The notes under the pieces: generated by a model | Told to the model about the DNA's origin: nothing | The model's input: the letters and a program-made list of their open reading frames with translations, nothing else | Databases searched by the model: none | Source of the DNA: Candidatus Palauibacter sp. | GTDB lineage: Bacteria; Gemmatimonadota; Gemmatimonadetes; Palauibacterales; Palauibacteraceae | Assembly: GCF_965216145.1 (NCBI RefSeq) | Contig: NZ_OZ244149.1 | Coordinates: 1,100,797-1,164,796, forward strand | Direction: 5' to 3' | Length of the DNA: 64,000 nucleotides | Part shown: positions 38,603 to 48,308 of the stretch, piece by piece | How the letters are laid out: every line of letters starts with the position of its first letter | How positions within the stretch are numbered: position 1 is the first letter of the stretch | Made by a program: the position numbers and the translations under genes

Positions 38603-39394
38603 ATGGGTATGACGCGCAGGCTGGCGGTGACGGGTGCTGTCGCGCTGACCGTCGCTTCGTGTGCGGCCTCTGCGCCCTCGCGGTCTTTCCGTCGAGTTCC
38701 GTCGGGCCCCACGCCCGCGGAAGTGTCGCCCGTCATCGCCAACGCGCCCGAAGTGCAGCAGGAGGTGGTGCGAGCCTATCCGCCGGAGCTCCTCGAACAG
38801 GGTGTGGGAGGCCGAGTCGAAGTCTGGGTGCACGTCGACACGGCCGGCCGTGGCGGATCGGGCGCGGTCAAGACATCCAGCGGGAACGACGATCTGGACT
38901 GCGCCGCAATGCAGGTCGCCGACGCCATGGAGTTCGAGCCTGCGCTGAACCAGGGCGCGCCCGCGGACGTCTGGATCTCCGAGTGGGTGGAGTTTCGGCC
39001 CGAGGCGGCCGAAGGAAGGGTCGCCGACCCGGGCCGCCAGCGTTGCGAGCCCTGGGACACCCTACCCGTCGCCCTGGAGACCAACGAAATCGAGCGGTGG
39101 CTTGACGAAGCGTATCCACCCGAGCTGATCGAGCGGGGCAGCGGAGGCAAGACCCTCCTCTGGCTGTATGTCACCGAGTCGGGCGAGGTCCTCAAGTACG
39201 AGATCAGGGAGTCGAGCGGCTATGATGTGCTCGACGAGGCCGCAGGCACGGTCGCCATGAACATGCGCTTCGAGCCGGCGAGGCGCCTCGGGCTGCCCAC
39301 GGGCATCTGGGTTGCGCAACCGATCACGTTCCGGGCCCCGGTGCCGACGATCCGCGAGCCGAGACAGCCCCGGCGTCCGTTCCAGAGGCCGTAA
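38603..39394 (+). CDS. lipoprotein with two tandem TonB C-terminal-like domains
   Basis: Leader MGMTRRLAVTGAVALTVASC. Two copies of AYPPELxExGxGGxxxxWxxVxxxGxV...FEPA, the TonB_C fold signature. Confidence 0.6.
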   Translation: MGMTRRLAVTGAVALTVASCAASAPSRSFRRVPSGPTPAEVSPVIANAPEVQQEVVRAYPPELLEQGVGGRVEVWVHVDTAGRGGSGAVKTSSGNDDLDCAAMQVADAMEFEPALNQGAPADVWISEWVEFRPEAAEGRVADPGRQRCEPWDTLPVALETNEIERWLDEAYPPELIERGSGGKTLLWLYVTESGEVLKYEIRESSGYDVLDEAAGTVAMNMRFEPARRLGLPTGIWVAQPITFRAPVPTIREPRQPRRPFQRP

Positions 39395-39409
39395 CCGGAG
39401 CGTCGCCGG

Positions 39410-39844
39410 CTACCCCCTGAGACGCTGCACGAACCACCAGTAGTGACCCTCGAGGTCTCTGACCTCGTAGCTTCGGTCAGCCCAGTAGTCCTCGCCGTAG
39501 TCCTGGGTTGCCGGCTCGGTCGTGATGGCGGCGGCGGCGGCCCGCGCGCGCGCGCAGTGGGCGTCCGCATCGTCCACGTACACCATCAGCGACTGCGTGT
39601 TCGCGCCGTCGACCCCCTGCGGAGACCGGGGGTACGTCCGGCCCGGCGTCAGCCCCGCCTGTCCGACCATGATGAGCCCGCCGTTGAGGGCGAGTTGCGA
39701 ATGTACGACCTGTCCCTGCTCGTTCTCGATTCGCTCCTGCACCTCGAAGCCGAACGCGCTCGTCAGCCAGTCGATCGCGGCCCCTGCGTCGTCATAGAAC
39801 ACGGCGGGGGTGATTCTCGGCCAGCCGTCCGGCGGGTTCTTCAT
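39410..39844 (-). CDS. VOC / glyoxalase-bleomycin resistance family protein
   Basis: MKNPPDGWPRITPAVFYDDAGAAIDWLTSAFGFEV ... GHYWWFVQ is the typical two-module VOC fold. Start at the internal ATG 39842-39844. Confidence 0.65.
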   Translation of the reverse strand: MKNPPDGWPRITPAVFYDDAGAAIDWLTSAFGFEVQERIENEQGQVVHSQLALNGGLIMVGQAGLTPGRTYPRSPQGVDGANTQSLMVYVDDADAHCARARAAAAAITTEPATQDYGEDYWADRSYEVRDLEGHYWWFVQRLRG

Positions 39845-39881
39845 GTGGTTCTCCGTTGGGTTGAGGCGGGTTCGGGCGGGT

Positions 39882-40814
39882 TCAGGCGGCGGGATACGCA
39901 CCGGCGACGCGCGCGCGCTGGCGGACCAGAGCCAGGACCACGTCGATCGTGGGCGTGGGTACGTCGACCATGCGCCCCATCTCCTGCACGGCGGTGACGA
40001 GGGCATCGATCTCCATCGGGCGGCCCTTGTCGAGGTCCTGCAGCATTGACGTGCGGTGGGCGCCCACGGCCTCGATCCCGTTGATCCGCCGCTCGATGTC
40101 GATCGAGAAGCGGGCGCCCAGCGCCTCGGCGACCGCCTGTCCCTCGAGCATCATCGTCTTCGCGACGGCGCGCGTGGCGGGGTCTCCGGCGATGTTGTCC
40201 AGCGTCTCCAGCGTGAGGGCGCTCAGCGGGTTGAAGGCGAGGTTCCCCCACAGCTTCACCCACATCTCATCCCGGATCCCGCGGACCGGAACCCGGAATC
40301 CGGCCTCGATCAGGGCCCGGCTCAGGCGCTTGACCCGCTCCGTCTTATCTCCACTGGGCTCGCCGAGCGTGAAGCGGTTGTACTTCAGGTGCCGGATCAC
40401 GCCGGGCTCCGACACCTCGGTGGCGGCGTAGACGACGCAGCCGATCACGCGTTCGGGGCCGATCCCGTCCCACTGCACGCCGCCGGGGTCGAGGCTCTCC
40501 AGGCGCCGGTCCCGCCAGGGCCCCTCGAGACGGTAGAAGTACCACCACGGGAAACCGTTCGTTGCCGTGACGACCGCGGTGTCCGGCCTCAGCAGCGGTT
40601 GCATCGGCTCCACGATCCAGGGGACGGAATGCGCCTTGAGCGTGATGATCACATAGTCCTGCGGGCCCACCTCCTCCGGGTCGTCCGTGCAGAAGGGGTG
40701 GGCGACGCGCTCTTCGCCGTCGATCAGAAGCCGCACGCCGTGCCGCTGCATGGCCTCGAGGTGGGGGCCCCTCGCTATGAGCACGACATCTTCCCCCGCC
40801 AGCGACAGCTGCAC
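39882..40814 (-). CDS. panE: 2-dehydropantoate 2-reductase (PanE/ApbA family), 5' end disrupted by an apparent -1 frameshift
   Basis: ApbA core and C-terminal domain are present. The Rossmann N-terminus MKICIYGAGAIG is encoded in another frame from the ATG at 40859-40861. The frames join at a C4 run (40825-40828). Confidence 0.6.
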   Translation of the reverse strand: MQLSLAGEDVVLIARGPHLEAMQRHGVRLLIDGEERVAHPFCTDDPEEVGPQDYVIITLKAHSVPWIVEPMQPLLRPDTAVVTATNGFPWWYFYRLEGPWRDRRLESLDPGGVQWDGIGPERVIGCVVYAATEVSEPGVIRHLKYNRFTLGEPSGDKTERVKRLSRALIEAGFRVPVRGIRDEMWVKLWGNLAFNPLSALTLETLDNIAGDPATRAVAKTMMLEGQAVAEALGARFSIDIERRINGIEAVGAHRTSMLQDLDKGRPMEIDALVTAVQEMGRMVDVPTPTIDVVLALVRQRARVAGAYPAA

Positions 40815-40877
40815 ACCGAGATATCCCCGATCGCGCCCGCCCCGTAGATGCAGATCTTCATCCGCGGCCGGTCCGGC

Positions 40878-42431
40878 TCAGGCCAGGCCGAGCTTCTCGG
40901 CCATGCCGATGCGCTGGAGCTTGCCGGTCGGTCCCTTGGGAATGTCGTCCATGATGAGGATCTTCCGCGGAACCTTGAAGTCGGCGAGACGCTCCGCCGC
41001 GAAGGCCTGGATCTCGCGCGGCGTGGCCTCCATTCCCTCGCGGAGGACCGCGGCCGCCACCACCTCCTCGCCCAGCTTGGGATGGGGCATCGCGAACGCC
41101 ACCACCTGGCGCACGGCGGGGTGGTCGAGGATCGCTTCGTCGACCTCGCGCGGCGAGATCTTCTCCCCCCCGCGGTTGATGATCTCCTTCAGGCGGCCCG
41201 TAATCGTGACGTAGCCCTCAGCGTCCATCCTGCCCTGGTCTCCCGTCCGGAACCACCCGTCGGTGAAGGCTTCGGCGTTGGCCGTGGGGTTGTTCTCGTA
41301 CCCGTCGCTGACGTTCGCGCCGCGGATGACGATCTCGCCCACCTCGCCCGGCGCCAGGTGCGCCCCGGCCTCGTCCATGACCGAGACCTCGGGACCGGCG
41401 GCGATTCCCACCGTCCCCGGCTTGCGGGCCGCGGGCGGGAGCGGGTTGCAGGTCATCTGGTGCGCCGCCTCGGTCATCGCGTACGCCTCCACCACGGGAG
41501 CGCCGAACGTCTCCTCGAGTTCCGCCATCACCTGCGGGGGCAGGGAGGCGGAGGCCGAGCGGATGAAGCGCAGCGCCGCCCGTTCGATCGCCTCGCGGTT
41601 CCGCGGGGCGCGCGCCAGGATGGCCTGGTGCATGGTGGGGACGGCCGTGTAGTACGTGGGCCGCGCTTCGTCGAGCCACGAGTAGAAGCGGAGCACGTTG
41701 AAGCCGGGGCTGCAGAAGATCGAGCCGCCGACGCCGAGCGGCGCCAGGACCGCGGCCATCAGCCCGTGGATGTGGAACAGGGGCATCACGTTCAGGCAGC
41801 GGTCGGCGGCGCTCAGCTCCAGGGTGCGCTGGATGTTCGCCGCGGAGGCGCAGACGTTCCGGTGCGAGAGCGGCACGATCTTGGGGCGGGACGTCGTCCC
41901 CGAGGTATGGAGGATGAGGGCGATGTCCCCCGCTTCCGCCAGACCGCCCCGGAGGCCGTCTCCTGCAGAGTTGCCGCCCGCCGATCCGTTCTCCCCGGCT
42001 CCCTCCGGCACGAGTTCGAACGTTCCGGCCGGAGCTTCGGAATCGGCATGCAGTTCGAGGACCGGGATCCCGAGGTCGGCGGCCGCGACCCGCGCGGGAG
42101 AGTCGCTTCCCGCCTCGAGGATCAGCGCCTTGGCGCTCAGGTCGGAGAGGTAGAACGCGTATTCGGGCTGCCGGTAGGCCGGATTCAGCGGGGCGGCCGT
42201 GGCCGCGCAGGCCACGGACACGAAGGCGGAGGCCATCTCGGGCCCGTTCGGGAGGACGATCGCCATGCGATCGTTCCGTCCGATGCCGAAGCCGTTGAGC
42301 GCGCGGACGGTGCTCTCGACGTGCCTGTGGAGACCGGCGAAGTCCAGCGACTCGCGTCCGGGGGCGGCGATGGCGGGACTCTCCCCCGAACCGCCCGCGA
42401 GCAGTTCCCGAACAGTAACGGAATCCGGCAT
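40878..42431 (-). CDS. AMP-dependent synthetase/ligase (acyl-CoA synthetase family)
   Basis: LHTSGTTSRPK AMP-binding P-loop. YGxTE-like motif AYAMTEAA. C-terminal GWFRTGDQG...GRLKEIINRGGEKISPREVDEAI...IPKGPTGKLQR. Confidence 0.8.
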   Translation of the reverse strand: MPDSVTVRELLAGGSGESPAIAAPGRESLDFAGLHRHVESTVRALNGFGIGRNDRMAIVLPNGPEMASAFVSVACAATAAPLNPAYRQPEYAFYLSDLSAKALILEAGSDSPARVAAADLGIPVLELHADSEAPAGTFELVPEGAGENGSAGGNSAGDGLRGGLAEAGDIALILHTSGTTSRPKIVPLSHRNVCASAANIQRTLELSAADRCLNVMPLFHIHGLMAAVLAPLGVGGSIFCSPGFNVLRFYSWLDEARPTYYTAVPTMHQAILARAPRNREAIERAALRFIRSASASLPPQVMAELEETFGAPVVEAYAMTEAAHQMTCNPLPPAARKPGTVGIAAGPEVSVMDEAGAHLAPGEVGEIVIRGANVSDGYENNPTANAEAFTDGWFRTGDQGRMDAEGYVTITGRLKEIINRGGEKISPREVDEAILDHPAVRQVVAFAMPHPKLGEEVVAAAVLREGMEATPREIQAFAAERLADFKVPRKILIMDDIPKGPTGKLQRIGMAEKLGLA

Positions 42432-42504
42432 GGTCAGGTCAGGCCGGCCTGACGTCGCCGGTCTTGGTCATGGGTTCTCGCCACGGGCTGCGGACGGCTC
42501 GCGG

Positions 42505-43329
42505 TCAGCAGGAGACGCATCGGTGGTTGTTCTTCGCCCCGAGGCTCTCGAGCAGGGCGATCGTCTCCGGGAACGGCTGCACGCGCTGCACCGGCCCGTT
42601 CGCCAGGTCCACCGTGGTCTGGCCGTTACGGGCCACGAAGGTCACATCCGCGCCCTTCTCCACGAGATAGAGGATCATCTCGTTGTCCCCGCGCGAGGCG
42701 GCGTGGTGGGCGGGCGCATAGCCATTTTGGTCCCGGGCGTTCACGTCGGCGCCGAGTTCCTCGACGAGGAACTGCATCGCGGGGAGCCACCCGTCCGGTA
42801 CGTGGCGGTGCGAGTTGCCGGCGAAACCCTGCCCATAACCGACGCCGGCCGCGGCGTGGATCGGGTAGACGGCCGGCCCGCCCACGGGGATCGGCTCGAG
42901 GCCGGAATGGTCGACGGGGTCGCCCCGGCCGTACCGGCGCTCCTCCACCTTCGTCGTCGGGAGCGTGGGATCGGCCCCGTACTCGAGGAGCAGCTTCATG
43001 CCGTCGATGTCGAGGGCGTGCGCGGCGCGCCAGAAGGGGGTGGCGCCGGTACGGTCGACGCCGAGCAGGTCCCGGTTGTAGGTCGTGAACCAGAGCGACT
43101 TCTTCAGCCGCGGGTTCGGGTCGACCCCCGCTTCCAGCAGCGTTCGCATGACCTCGAGGTACGACCACTCCTGCTGGTTCACGTCCGTCGGCTGCGGATG
43201 CCGGGCCTTCGGCGCCCAGTGCATGTTAATAGCCGCGTACAGCGCGGTGGCGCCGGCGTCGCTCGCGAGGCCGGGGTCCGCGCCCTCGGCGAAGAACCGC
43301 ATGGCCAGGTCGAAGTGCCCGTTGATCAT
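42505..43329 (-). CDS. ankyrin-repeat protein, C-terminal piece of a split gene
   Basis: Starts MINGHFDL..., homologous to the middle and C-terminus of the 9394..11442 ankyrin protein. Its ATG overlaps the TGA of the upstream piece (ATGA). Confidence 0.55.
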   Translation of the reverse strand: MINGHFDLAMRFFAEGADPGLASDAGATALYAAINMHWAPKARHPQPTDVNQQEWSYLEVMRTLLEAGVDPNPRLKKSLWFTTYNRDLLGVDRTGATPFWRAAHALDIDGMKLLLEYGADPTLPTTKVEERRYGRGDPVDHSGLEPIPVGGPAVYPIHAAAGVGYGQGFAGNSHRHVPDGWLPAMQFLVEELGADVNARDQNGYAPAHHAASRGDNEMILYLVEKGADVTFVARNGQTTVDLANGPVQRVQPFPETIALLESLGAKNNHRCVSC

Positions 43330-44285
43330 GCCATGAGCAGCGGGGTCGTGCCGTCCGCGTCGCTCCGCTGATCGATATCCGCGCCGTGCTCGAGCAGGGT
43401 GAACGCGACGTCCTCGTGGCCCTCGCGCGCCGCGAGCAGCAGCGCGGTCAGCCCGCCGTGCGTACCGACGAGGTCCGCGTAGTTGCCCAGGCAGCCGGAG
43501 CAGGTCGGCTCCTCGGGGTCCTCCAGCCGCACGGGCTGCAGGCCGGGGCCGGCCCCGGCGGTCGGCATGGGGGCAGCGCCGCGCTCGGCCGGGGCCGGCG
43601 GCGTGCGGCCGACCCGGAGCGCCGCGATGCGTGCATTGCGCTCGCGGCGGTCCAGTTGGTCCCACGCGTCCCGCGCCACGACATCGAGCACGTACGCGGT
43701 GAGCGAGGCGTCCGCCCCCGCCTCGAGGAGGGCGCGCACCGAGCCGGCCCGGCCCGCCGCCGCGGCGAACATGATCGGCGTCTGCCCCCACTCGGGCTCG
43801 CGCGCGTCGGGGTCGGCCCCGTGACGCACGAGGGCCTCGATCGCCGCCGCCGACCCGGCCGCGGCCGCAAAGTGCAGCGGTGTCGCGGCGGTCGTCGTCG
43901 CGGCGGTGGCGTCAGCTCCCGCCTGGAGCAGCGCCTCGACCAGCGGCGCCTGCGCCGCCCGGCTCGCGACGTGGAGCGGCGTGTGGCCGCCCAGCCGGGT
44001 GCCCGCTTCGAGGTCCGCACCCGCGTCGACCAGCATCTCGGCCAGATCCAGCCGCCCCTTCATCGCGGCCCAGTGGAGCGCGGTCATCCCGTCGCCCCGG
44101 GCGCCGTTCACATCCTCGCCCGCGTCGAGCAGCGACCGCACCGCCGCCAGGTCGCCGCGCATGGCCGCGTCCGCCACCGGCGCATCCGGCCCCATCGAAG
44201 AGCCGACCGGCGAGCCCGCCGGGCCGGCGGCCCCGAGCGCGAGCAGGGCCGCCGCCGCGGTCACGGAGAGTCGCGCGCGCCGCAT
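43326..44285 (-). CDS. secreted ankyrin-repeat protein, N-terminal piece of a split gene
   Basis: Signal MRRARLSVTAAAALLALGAAG. ANK repeats. Ends ...TTPLLMA exactly where the intact paralog continues ...SPLLMAMLNGQFDF. Confidence 0.6.
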   Translation of the reverse strand: MRRARLSVTAAAALLALGAAGPAGSPVGSSMGPDAPVADAAMRGDLAAVRSLLDAGEDVNGARGDGMTALHWAAMKGRLDLAEMLVDAGADLEAGTRLGGHTPLHVASRAAQAPLVEALLQAGADATAATTTAATPLHFAAAAGSAAAIEALVRHGADPDAREPEWGQTPIMFAAAAGRAGSVRALLEAGADASLTAYVLDVVARDAWDQLDRRERNARIAALRVGRTPPAPAERGAAPMPTAGAGPGLQPVRLEDPEEPTCSGCLGNYADLVGTHGGLTALLLAAREGHEDVAFTLLEHGADIDQRSDADGTTPLLMA

Positions 44286-45676
44286 CAGTCGGCCGTCGCC
44301 GTGAAGGAGAACGGCCCCGTGCTGTTCCCGAAGCTCGTCATGTCGTCCAGGCCCAGCCTGTGCATCAGGCTCAGCATCACGTTCGCCATCGGCGTCCCCG
44401 GCGCCGCGCGCAGGTGGAGGTTGCCGTCCATCCGCCCCTGCGCGCCGCCCACCACGAACAGCGGGCAGCGCTTGTGGTTGTGCACGTTCGGGTCCCCCAT
44501 CGGCGAACCGTAGACGATCATCGTCTTGTCGAGCAGGTGCGTATCCCCCTCCATCGATGCCTTCAGCCGGTCGAGGAAGTACGGGACCAGCCCCACATGG
44601 TAGCGGTTGAGCTGCGCGAAGTCCGTGATGTTGTCCTCGTTGTCGCCGTGGTGCGACGCCGGGTGGAAGCCCTTGTCGATCCCGCTCGCCGGATAGACCC
44701 GGCCCGACGCGTCCCGCCCCATCTTGAACGAGAACACGCGCGTCGTGTCCGCCTGGAAGGCGAGCGCCTGCAGGTCGAACATCAGCTTCACGTGCTCGTC
44801 GAACGAATCCGGCACCCCCGCCGGCGCTTCGGGCAGTTCACGCTGCTGACCCGACTCGTTGCGGGCCACGACGCGCTGGATCCGCCGTTCAATCTCCCGC
44901 ACGTTCTCCAGATAGCGGTCCATCCGTTGCCGGTCGGAGGGATCGAGCCGTCCCCTGAGGCTCGCGACCTCGCCCGTGATGAAGTCGAGGATGCTGGCGC
45001 TCGACCGCTGCCGTGCGGCCCGCGCTTCCGGCGTCCCGCCGGCCCCGAACAGCTGGTCGAACGCGACGCGCGGGTCCCGGATCATCGGGAGCGGCTGGGT
45101 CGGCGAGGACCAGCTGATCGTGTCCGTGTAGACGCACGCGTACCCGTAAGCGCAGCCCCCCGCCTGGTCCACGTTCTCGATGCAGAGCTGCATGGACGGG
45201 ATCGGCGTGTCCTGCCCGAAGCGGTTCGCGTACACCTGATCGAGCGACGTCCCCACCAGCACGTCCGAACTTTCCGTCTGCTTCGGGTGCGACTGGGTTA
45301 GGAAGGTGGCGCTCGACCGGAAGTGGTCGCCCCCGATCTCCTTCGGCTTGGTGGCTTCGGCCGTCTCGACATCGGTGTCGCTGATGATCGTGAGATAGTC
45401 GCGGTACGGCTCGAGTGCACTCATCGCGGTGGGCGAGAGGTCGAAGTTCCGCCCGGTCCCTACCGGCGACCAGTAGTTCTGCGCCGCGCCCCACTCGCTG
45501 CTCCCCGCCGCGCCGTGCACCATCTCGATGCAGACGAGCCGCGTCGGGTCCGCCACCTCCCGCGCCCACAGCCGGCCCGCGGGGACCATGGCGTCGAGGA
45601 GCGGCAGGGCGACCGTCGCCCCGGCGCCCTGGAGGAACGTCCGGCGAGAAAGATGTTTCCCTGTGATGAACTCCAT
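44285..45676 (-). CDS. DUF1552 family protein with Tat signal (paralog 2)
   Basis: MEFITGKHLSRRTFLQGAGATVALPLLDAMVP. About 55-60% identical to the 11439..12866 protein across its length. Confidence 0.7.
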   Translation of the reverse strand: MEFITGKHLSRRTFLQGAGATVALPLLDAMVPAGRLWAREVADPTRLVCIEMVHGAAGSSEWGAAQNYWSPVGTGRNFDLSPTAMSALEPYRDYLTIISDTDVETAEATKPKEIGGDHFRSSATFLTQSHPKQTESSDVLVGTSLDQVYANRFGQDTPIPSMQLCIENVDQAGGCAYGYACVYTDTISWSSPTQPLPMIRDPRVAFDQLFGAGGTPEARAARQRSSASILDFITGEVASLRGRLDPSDRQRMDRYLENVREIERRIQRVVARNESGQQRELPEAPAGVPDSFDEHVKLMFDLQALAFQADTTRVFSFKMGRDASGRVYPASGIDKGFHPASHHGDNEDNITDFAQLNRYHVGLVPYFLDRLKASMEGDTHLLDKTMIVYGSPMGDPNVHNHKRCPLFVVGGAQGRMDGNLHLRAAPGTPMANVMLSLMHRLGLDDMTSFGNSTGPFSFTATAD

Positions 45677-45703
45677 CGGGCCTCCTCGGCTCGCTGGTTG
45701 CCG

Positions 45704-48205
45704 CTAGTTCCCGTTCTCGGCCTGCATGTCGTCGACCACGGCCTCGGCCCCCTTCATTCGGAAGGCGGGGCTGTTGACGACGCCCATGATAAAGGCCGAC
45801 ATGCGGTGGTCCTGTGCCTGGGCCTGCCTCGCGATCGACCGGACCGTGGGCATGTCGTAGTGCTCGACCCGCCGGCCCAGCGCGTAGGCGAGCAGGTTCT
45901 CGGTGAAGGCGCGCACGAGCGGGACGGGTCGCGCGAGGAGCGCCGCGCGCAGATCCGCCGCCGTCCGGATGGGCGTCCCGTCGTACAGTTCGCCCTCCGC
46001 GTCGATCGGCATCCCGTTGTCCTTGATGCGCCGCGCCCCGGTGCCGTCGAAGTGCTCGAGGGCGAGGCCGATCGGATCGATGACGCGGTGGCACGACCGA
46101 CAGGCCGGACTCGCCCGGTGCATCTCCATCCGCTCGCGCACCGTGAGCAGGCGTCCCTCCTCGGCCTCCGGCGTCGCCTCCAGATCCGAGACATCCGGCG
46201 GGGGCGGGGGCGGGGGCGTCCCCATCAACACTTCCATCACCCACTTCCCGCGCAGCACCGGAGAGGTCCGGCTCGCGTGAGAGGTCAGCGTGAGCACGCT
46301 CCCGTGTCCGAGCACGCCGCGGCGCTCGGGTTCGGGGATCTCGACCCGGCGGAAGTCGGTGCCGGTCACGCCGGGGATCCCGTAGTGCCGCGCCAGCCGC
46401 TCGTTCACGAAGGTGTAGTCGGCCGTCAGCAGCTCGAACAGGCTGCGATCCTCCTGGACCAGCGTGTGGAAGAGCAGCTCCGTCTCGCGCTGCATCGCGT
46501 CCTTGAGCTGCTGGTCGAAGTCCGGGTAGAGGCGGACGTCCGGGTGCATCCCCTCCAGATCCTGGAGCCGGAGCCACTGCCCGGCGAAGCGCGTGGCCAG
46601 CGCCTCGGCGCGCGGATCGGCGAGCATGCGCCACACCTGCGCCTCGAGCACGCCCGGATCGGAGAGACGGCCCTCTCCGGCGACTTCCAGCAGCTCCGCA
46701 TCGGGGCCCGTCGCCCACAGGAAGAAGGAGAGCCGCGAAGCGAGATCGTAATCGCCCAGGGCGTACACGCCGTCCGCGTCCGCCGCCGGGCGCTCCTCGA
46801 ACCGGAACACGAAGTGCGGGCTGGCGAGAACCCCCTCCAGCGCCAGGCGGATGCCCTCCTCGAAGCCGCCCGTTTCGGCCCCTGCACGGTACAGCGCCAT
46901 GAGAGCGCTGAGGTTGTCCTCCGTCAGCGGCCGGCGGTAGGCCTGTGTCCCGAGCCGGGACAGGATCGCCTCCGCGCACGGTGACTCCTCTTCCGGCGCG
47001 GCGGGACGGCACGAAAAGACGCGCCGGCGGCTCGGCGTGCTCGACATCCCCGCCGGGTCGAACGGACCCGTGACCGCGAGATCCCGCAGGTGGGGCAGCG
47101 TCGTGAACCCGTACGCGTCGGTGATGCTCGTGCTCGCGATCGACCAGTCGTGCGGCGACATAAGGTCCTGCAGCGGCCCCTCGAAGGTGCGGATGAAGGC
47201 GGCCGCCACCCGGTGCGGTCCCGCCTCGATGAAGACGGACTCGGTGCGCAGGTCCACCCCGCCGGGATCGGAGACGTGCATCCAGCGATCGATGTCGAGG
47301 AGCGCGACGCGTTCGCCGTCGATCGAGATCTCGATCCGCTCGGGCTCGTCGGTCGTATGCAGGGCTCCCTTCCCGTTCCCGAACAGGGCGCCGGTCGTCT
47401 CGTGATGGAAGGAAACGCGGAAGGCGTACTCGCCATCGGCCGGGAAGTTGTGGTCGACCGCGACGCCGCCGCGGCTTCCGTACGGGGTGCCCTCGACGTG
47501 CCCCGCCTGCGAGGTCCAGCGCGACACCTTGAAGGTCGCCTCGCTCGGCGTGACTTCGGGGTCGCCGATCGCAAGCCGACTGATCCCGCTCGCCGCGCGC
47601 AGGTACCCGTCCATCAGCGTGGGCGAGAGGAGTTGCACGTCGGCGATGTTGTCGAAGTTCGCGCTCTTGGTGTCGAGCGGCAGGTAGGCTCCCGCGTCGA
47701 CATCGAGGTCGAGAAGATCGTAGATCGAGCGCGCGTACTCGGCCCGGTTCAGGCGCTGGAAGGTGCGGCGCCCGGGGTTCGGATCCGCCTCCCACGCCGC
47801 GTCGAGCCGCGATTCGAGGACGGCCGCGAGCGTCGCCAGGCTGTCCGGAGTCGGCCGGCGGACTCCCGTCGGCGGCATCATCCCGGCCCGAAGCTTGCGG
47901 ACCATCCGCTCGGCGATCACCGCGTTGTCGGCCGCACCATCGACCTCGAACGTCTCCAGCGACATGCCTCCGCTGAGCCGGCGGGGGTTGTGGCAGCGCT
48001 GGCACGTCCCGGCAACGACGCCCTGCGCGACTTCGACGGAGAGCGTGTCGACGGCGGGCGTCGAGGTCGGCGGCGAGAGCGGTGTGACCGGGCCCGGCCA
48101 GACGGAGGGAGGATGCTCGGCTCCCGCCGCGCCGTCAGCGCTCTGGCCAACTACGGGGCTCGGGAGAAAGCCCGCTGTGACCAGCAGCAGAACCGATGTT
48201 CGCAT
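45704..48205 (-). CDS. DUF1592-family multidomain protein with CxxCH motif (paralog 2)
   Basis: Signal MRTSVLLLVTAGFLPSPVVGQ. CQRCHN ... RKLRAGMMPP. Collinear with the 12863..15394 protein. Confidence 0.7.
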   Translation of the reverse strand: MRTSVLLLVTAGFLPSPVVGQSADGAAGAEHPPSVWPGPVTPLSPPTSTPAVDTLSVEVAQGVVAGTCQRCHNPRRLSGGMSLETFEVDGAADNAVIAERMVRKLRAGMMPPTGVRRPTPDSLATLAAVLESRLDAAWEADPNPGRRTFQRLNRAEYARSIYDLLDLDVDAGAYLPLDTKSANFDNIADVQLLSPTLMDGYLRAASGISRLAIGDPEVTPSEATFKVSRWTSQAGHVEGTPYGSRGGVAVDHNFPADGEYAFRVSFHHETTGALFGNGKGALHTTDEPERIEISIDGERVALLDIDRWMHVSDPGGVDLRTESVFIEAGPHRVAAAFIRTFEGPLQDLMSPHDWSIASTSITDAYGFTTLPHLRDLAVTGPFDPAGMSSTPSRRRVFSCRPAAPEEESPCAEAILSRLGTQAYRRPLTEDNLSALMALYRAGAETGGFEEGIRLALEGVLASPHFVFRFEERPAADADGVYALGDYDLASRLSFFLWATGPDAELLEVAGEGRLSDPGVLEAQVWRMLADPRAEALATRFAGQWLRLQDLEGMHPDVRLYPDFDQQLKDAMQRETELLFHTLVQEDRSLFELLTADYTFVNERLARHYGIPGVTGTDFRRVEIPEPERRGVLGHGSVLTLTSHASRTSPVLRGKWVMEVLMGTPPPPPPPDVSDLEATPEAEEGRLLTVRERMEMHRASPACRSCHRVIDPIGLALEHFDGTGARRIKDNGMPIDAEGELYDGTPIRTAADLRAALLARPVPLVRAFTENLLAYALGRRVEHYDMPTVRSIARQAQAQDHRMSAFIMGVVNSPAFRMKGAEAVVDDMQAENGN

Positions 48206-48308
48206 GGCCGAGGCCTCTTCCAGGCAGCCGTGTCGCGCCCCCTAGGGACGCAAGGGTACACCGCGTGAAAATGTACCATCGACGCGGATCGCCCGGCCAG
48301 CCGTCCTG

